Source: a virus (lineage: Duplodnaviria > Caudoviricetes). From it: DNA of 28,222 nt. Numbering within the stretch: position 1 is the stretch's first letter; each line of letters starts with the position of its first letter. A model generated the notes under the pieces. The model was not told the DNA's origin and ran no database searches. It saw only the letters and a program-made list of their open reading frames with translations. The stretch is taken from the IMG/VR virus record IMGVR_UViG_3300031519_000166, positions 1 to 28,222 of that record; one strand, given 5' to 3'. The translations under genes were made by a program, and so were the position numbers. This document shows, one piece after another, positions 25,288-28,222 of this stretch.

Positions 25288-25580
25288 GAAATTTTAATTT
25301 CAGTATGAATGACCGTGACCACAATGATGAATCTATCTCTTTTAGCTTTGACAGTAAGAATGATTTTGAAGTACGACATAAGCTGCGTAAGTTTTTCAAG
25401 GCTTGTGAAATGTCTACTAACGATGATTTTAGTGATGAGTTGTTCGAAATGAGGTCAATGGTCTCCATTAATTTAGAGGCGGTATGCGCTAAGGGTAACG
25501 ACCCTTCCGCTGAAGAAGAGCTTTATGACTTACAAGAAGCTTTTGATAGGGTAATTGCATATGTCGAATCCGAACTATAG
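25284..25580 (+). CDS. Acidic hypothetical protein
   Basis: ATGA-coupled ORF with GAGG RBS. Confidence 0.72.
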   Translation: MRNFNFSMNDRDHNDESISFSFDSKNDFEVRHKLRKFFKACEMSTNDDFSDELFEMRSMVSINLEAVCAKGNDPSAEEELYDLQEAFDRVIAYVESEL

Positions 25581-25794
25581 ATTACTTCAGCAAGCGCTGA
25601 CGGAATTAAACGCAGACGGTAATGATGAACGTGGTCGTGATGGAGAAGATTTGAGAGTAACGTCTGACGGGTATATTAATACAGCCCCGTCGGGCGAACT
25701 CCCGAAGTGGAAAAAGGTAACGGCCCCCGGTCATCACGCAGGTGTTACAGAGGAAGAATGGGCAGAGGTGGTGAAGGCACTACACGAAAAATAG
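25561..25794 (+). CDS. Hypothetical protein
   Basis: Fills the gap before the next promoter; likely start ATG 25561. Confidence 0.65.
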   Translation: MSNPNYRLLQQALTELNADGNDERGRDGEDLRVTSDGYINTAPSGELPKWKKVTAPGHHAGVTEEEWAEVVKALHEK

Positions 25795-25826
25795 TTCTTG
25801 ACAAGAATCCTCTCTGCTAGTATAAT
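25787..25826 (+). promoter_or_regulatory. sigma70-type promoter
   Basis: AAAAATAGTTC-TTGACA(25798-25803)-17 nt-TATAAT(25821-25826). Confidence 0.9.
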
Positions 25827-25847
25827 TAGATATTAAGAGGGAGAACA

Positions 25848-26129
25848 ATGGTAATTTCAGGAAGTATTAATTACTCTTACTCGGGCAGGAAGCGTAGTGT
25901 GAAAAGGACTCGGAAGACCGAACCAGTGTTTCGCCCCGCTTCCGAGCCTTTACTTGTAGCCGCTAGAGAGGATAAGTATTATCCTTCTGCGCCTATGACA
26001 AAGTATAGACCTCCAGCGGATACTTCGTATAAGCAAGAGGTTAGTAAGAACTACACTGTAGCAATAGCCTATAATAAGGGTGGTTATATGGTTATACCTA
26101 AATCAAATATTAAGGATATTGGACGGTGA
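25848..26129 (+). CDS. Phage hypothetical protein with IAYNKGGYMVI motif
   Basis: GGGAG RBS; basic protein with C-terminal AYNKG motif. Confidence 0.78.
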   Translation: MVISGSINYSYSGRKRSVKRTRKTEPVFRPASEPLLVAAREDKYYPSAPMTKYRPPADTSYKQEVSKNYTVAIAYNKGGYMVIPKSNIKDIGR

Positions 26130-26404
26130 GGCACTACAAAGGATTATTTGAGTCGGCGGAAAAACATTTAGAAGTTAAAAATACTATAATGGCTCTTGAG
26201 TTTATTGAGTTTAGTTACGGTAAGAAGTTAAGCCAACTAACGCGTGAAGAAGTAAAAGAGTTGCAAGACTTTGCATTTCTTCATGTTAATTCAGTGATGT
26301 GTTTTGGTATGAGAAAGTGTATCAAAAGGTGGGAAGAGTTTAATGAAACCACCGTGGAGGGAGGTGAGTACTTGAAAGAGCTACATCTTCGAGAGGGGGA
26401 CTAA
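26126..26404 (+). CDS. Hypothetical protein
   Basis: GTGA-coupled ORF. Confidence 0.65.
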   Translation: MRHYKGLFESAEKHLEVKNTIMALEFIEFSYGKKLSQLTREEVKELQDFAFLHVNSVMCFGMRKCIKRWEEFNETTVEGGEYLKELHLREGD

Positions 26405-26607
26405 TGAATAACGATACGTTCGATGAATTAATGAGGAGTGTTAAGGAGATGGACGACATAGTTAAAGGGTTACCTCAGTCGACTCGGGTAAGCAAAATTA
26501 GAATGAACGTCCAAACTTTATCAAGAGGATGGACTAAACGACTCAAAAAGATTCGTGAGACCAAACAGCGTCAAGCGGGTAAAAAGGATAGTGAAGATGG
26601 CATATAG
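26404..26607 (+). CDS. Hypothetical protein
   Basis: TAATG-coupled ORF with GAGG RBS. Confidence 0.62.
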   Translation: MNNDTFDELMRSVKEMDDIVKGLPQSTRVSKIRMNVQTLSRGWTKRLKKIRETKQRQAGKKDSEDGI

Positions 26608-26977
26608 CGAGCAAGTTATGGATCATTACAACAATCCCCGCAACGTCGGTAAGCTAGATAAAGGATCTCAATCCGTGGGCACTGGTATGGTAGGCGCTCC
26701 GGCTTGTGGAGACGTTATGGTACTACAGATTGCAGTAAGTGCAGAAGGTATCATTGATGAAGCTAAATTTAAAACTTATGGGTGTGGAAGCGCTATTGCT
26801 TCTAGCTCCTTACTAACCGAATGGGTGAAGGGTAGAACTTTAGAAGAGGCAGGGAGTATAAAGAATACTGACTTAGCTACTGAACTTGCACTTCCTCCCG
26901 TTAAGATTCACTGTAGTGTACTAGCTGAAGACGCTATAAAAGCCGCAATAAAGGATTACAAAGAGAAACAAGTATGA
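26597..26977 (+). CDS. iscU: Fe-S cluster scaffold protein IscU
   Basis: MAYSEQVMDHYNNPRNVG, GAPACGDVM, FKTYGCGSAIASSS, LPPVKIHCSVLAEDAIKAA. Confidence 0.97.
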   Translation: MAYSEQVMDHYNNPRNVGKLDKGSQSVGTGMVGAPACGDVMVLQIAVSAEGIIDEAKFKTYGCGSAIASSSLLTEWVKGRTLEEAGSIKNTDLATELALPPVKIHCSVLAEDAIKAAIKDYKEKQV

Positions 26978-27228
26978 TGGATAGATTGTATCAAGAAGCA
27001 GAGAGCATTGTTTTAGCGATGTGGGACGAAGAACCAGAGGAGATTGCAGCAGAAATTTCTGTTCAGCTTTCAATTAGCGCAGATTATGCGTGGGACTTAG
27101 TTCAGCAAGTTATTGTAAACGAAATTCGTATTGAACAAGATTACAATGACGGCGACAATGATTTATTTGATTGGGACGGAGACGCATTAACCTCCGCAGG
27201 ATTTGGAACTGATGAAGACTACCTCTAA
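26974..27228 (+). CDS. Highly acidic hypothetical protein
   Basis: ATGA-coupled to iscU; C-terminal DGDALTSAGFGTDEDY. Confidence 0.75.
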   Translation: MMDRLYQEAESIVLAMWDEEPEEIAAEISVQLSISADYAWDLVQQVIVNEIRIEQDYNDGDNDLFDWDGDALTSAGFGTDEDYL

Positions 27229-27397
27229 TATTATTGATTTTAGTAAGTATAGAAAAGTTAAACAGAGATGTATCTCCGTGGTAGTAAACGACAGTTTCGA
27301 CACTGCTACTTTCACCTACACTATAACCAATGATGAGGGAGAAATATTTCAGTTTGAGATACCTTATCCAAATTATGATAAGTATTTTGACAGCTAA
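27212..27397 (+). CDS. Hypothetical protein
   Basis: MKTTSNIIDFSKYRK...; ends just before the next promoter. Confidence 0.6.
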   Translation: MKTTSNIIDFSKYRKVKQRCISVVVNDSFDTATFTYTITNDEGEIFQFEIPYPNYDKYFDS

Positions 27398-27439
27398 GAA
27401 AAAATACTTCTTGACATGCAACCTATTTACCGTTATAAT
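27398..27439 (+). promoter_or_regulatory. sigma70-type promoter driving the non-coding region
   Basis: AAAAATACTTC-TTGACA(27411-27416)-17 nt-TATAAT(27434-27439). Confidence 0.92.
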
Positions 27440-27445
27440 AATATC

Positions 27446-27948
27446 CATAGACAAGAGAGCTCTTGTTTAGAATCCACTAGAGATACTACCTAGTTATATG
27501 TAGTATCGCCCACACCCCTCAGGCGTAAATGAGTGGAGGATTCTAACTTCCTCCTAGTTAGACGGCGTAGTTGCTACGATAAGTGACTCTTCGGAAGGCA
27601 GTCCGATGCGGATACAAACTGCCCTTGGGGAGCTAATGACCCCGTTGCCCCATAAACTGGTACCAATTCCTATGGGCACGTCGAGTATTCCAGGTTATAG
27701 ACGACGCTAAAACATAAACGCTGGCGAGAAGAGAACTCGTAGACCATCTCCGTGTATGCACGTCACGTTAATCAAAAGGATCTAATCCGGGTGTAGGTTT
27801 TAAGGCTTTTTCCCTTGATAAAAGGCCACTATTTCCAAGGTGAGGTAAACTGTCGTGGAGTAGGTAAGACTTTTTACGAGAAAAGCACTACGCCTCACCG
27901 AACACCGGGGGTGAGCATTCTGCCTTAAAGCGTAACGCGCCCCCACCT
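27446..27948 (+). ncRNA. Candidate large (~500 nt) multi-domain structured non-coding RNA
   Basis: No ORF of 60 aa or more, starts at the predicted +1, about 15 predicted helices including two long-range closing stems. Confidence 0.68.
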
Positions 27949-27963
27949 ATTATAGAGGTCTTT

Positions 27964-28143
27964 ATGTATATTTGTATTTGTAACAATATATCCAGTAAAG
28001 ACTTAGAAAGAGACCCCTTTCTTATTCATAAAGTGGGGTCTAAATGCGGCAAATGTGTTGAGAGAAGTCAACAAGTAGTTTGCGGAAACCTTAATGTATT
28101 ACTAGAACCGGAGGACAGACTTCCAGCCAGTCAAATGGCATAG
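27964..28143 (+). CDS. Mini Bfd-like [2Fe-2S] ferredoxin (59 aa)
   Basis: Not in track. MYICICNNIS...VGSKCGKC resembles Bfd MYVCLCN...VGxxCGKC; GAGG RBS. Confidence 0.72.
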   Translation: MYICICNNISSKDLERDPFLIHKVGSKCGKCVERSQQVVCGNLNVLLEPEDRLPASQMA

Positions 28144-28178
28144 CCTTACAGGAAGGCACAGCACTATGGAGCAATTTC

Positions 28179-28222
28179 ATGGCTGTACGCAAGAAAAGAA
28201 CAGTTAAGAAGAAAGATTCTCG
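28179..28222 (+). CDS. Basic hypothetical protein, N-terminus only (runs off window)
   Basis: GGAG RBS then MAVRKKRTVKKKDS. Confidence 0.6.
   Translation, partial: MAVRKKRTVKKKDS

Noticed and set aside
22205-27454. Minus-strand ORFs such as 24004-24288, 24954-25379 and 27110-27454
   Set aside because: Antisense to coupled plus-strand genes and promoters.
27676-27785. tmRNA-like hints (GCACGTCGAG, AAAACATAAAC-GCT resume-like context, pk1-like knot)
   Set aside because: No GGGG..GATTCGAC 5' end, no GGTTCGA T-arm, and the putative tag frame does not end in an Ala-Ala-type degron.
27446-27948. tRNA cluster, RNase P RNA or group I/II intron
   Set aside because: I found no T-loop or cloverleaf, no GAGGAAAGTCC, no domain-V motif, and no interrupted host gene.
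1-28222. CRISPR array, integrase or transposase, stop-codon reassignment
   Set aside because: No regularly spaced repeats or recombinase motifs seen; genes read intact in the standard code and all three stop codons are used.

Overview
Segment of a T5-like (Demerecviridae-type) lytic phage genome, probably infecting a Gram-negative proteobacterium and plausibly marine (inferred from phoH, thyX, hsp20, iscU and a pyrimidine-dimer glycosylase). Positions 1-21980 are read on the minus strand and hold the T5 replication module in near-T5 order (D2, D3, PC4-like protein, split NAD-dependent ligase, D5, DnaB-like helicase, primase, PolA, D10-D15) followed by a partial nrdA. The same arm carries hsp20, a three-gene glycosyltransferase/methyltransferase cassette, a glutaredoxin and a MazG-like gene. 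From 22041 the plus strand carries thyX, a second MazG-like gene, a T4-type lysozyme with two spanins, small hypotheticals, iscU and a mini Bfd-like ferredoxin missed by the ORF track. Ten near-consensus sigma70 promoters share an A-rich upstream motif. The most striking unexplained element is a ~500-nt ORF-free, densely base-paired region (about 27446-27948) directly behind a perfect promoter, a candidate large structured phage ncRNA. A smaller two-hairpin switch-like RNA lies at 16392-16512. All family calls come from motif recognition, not database searches.
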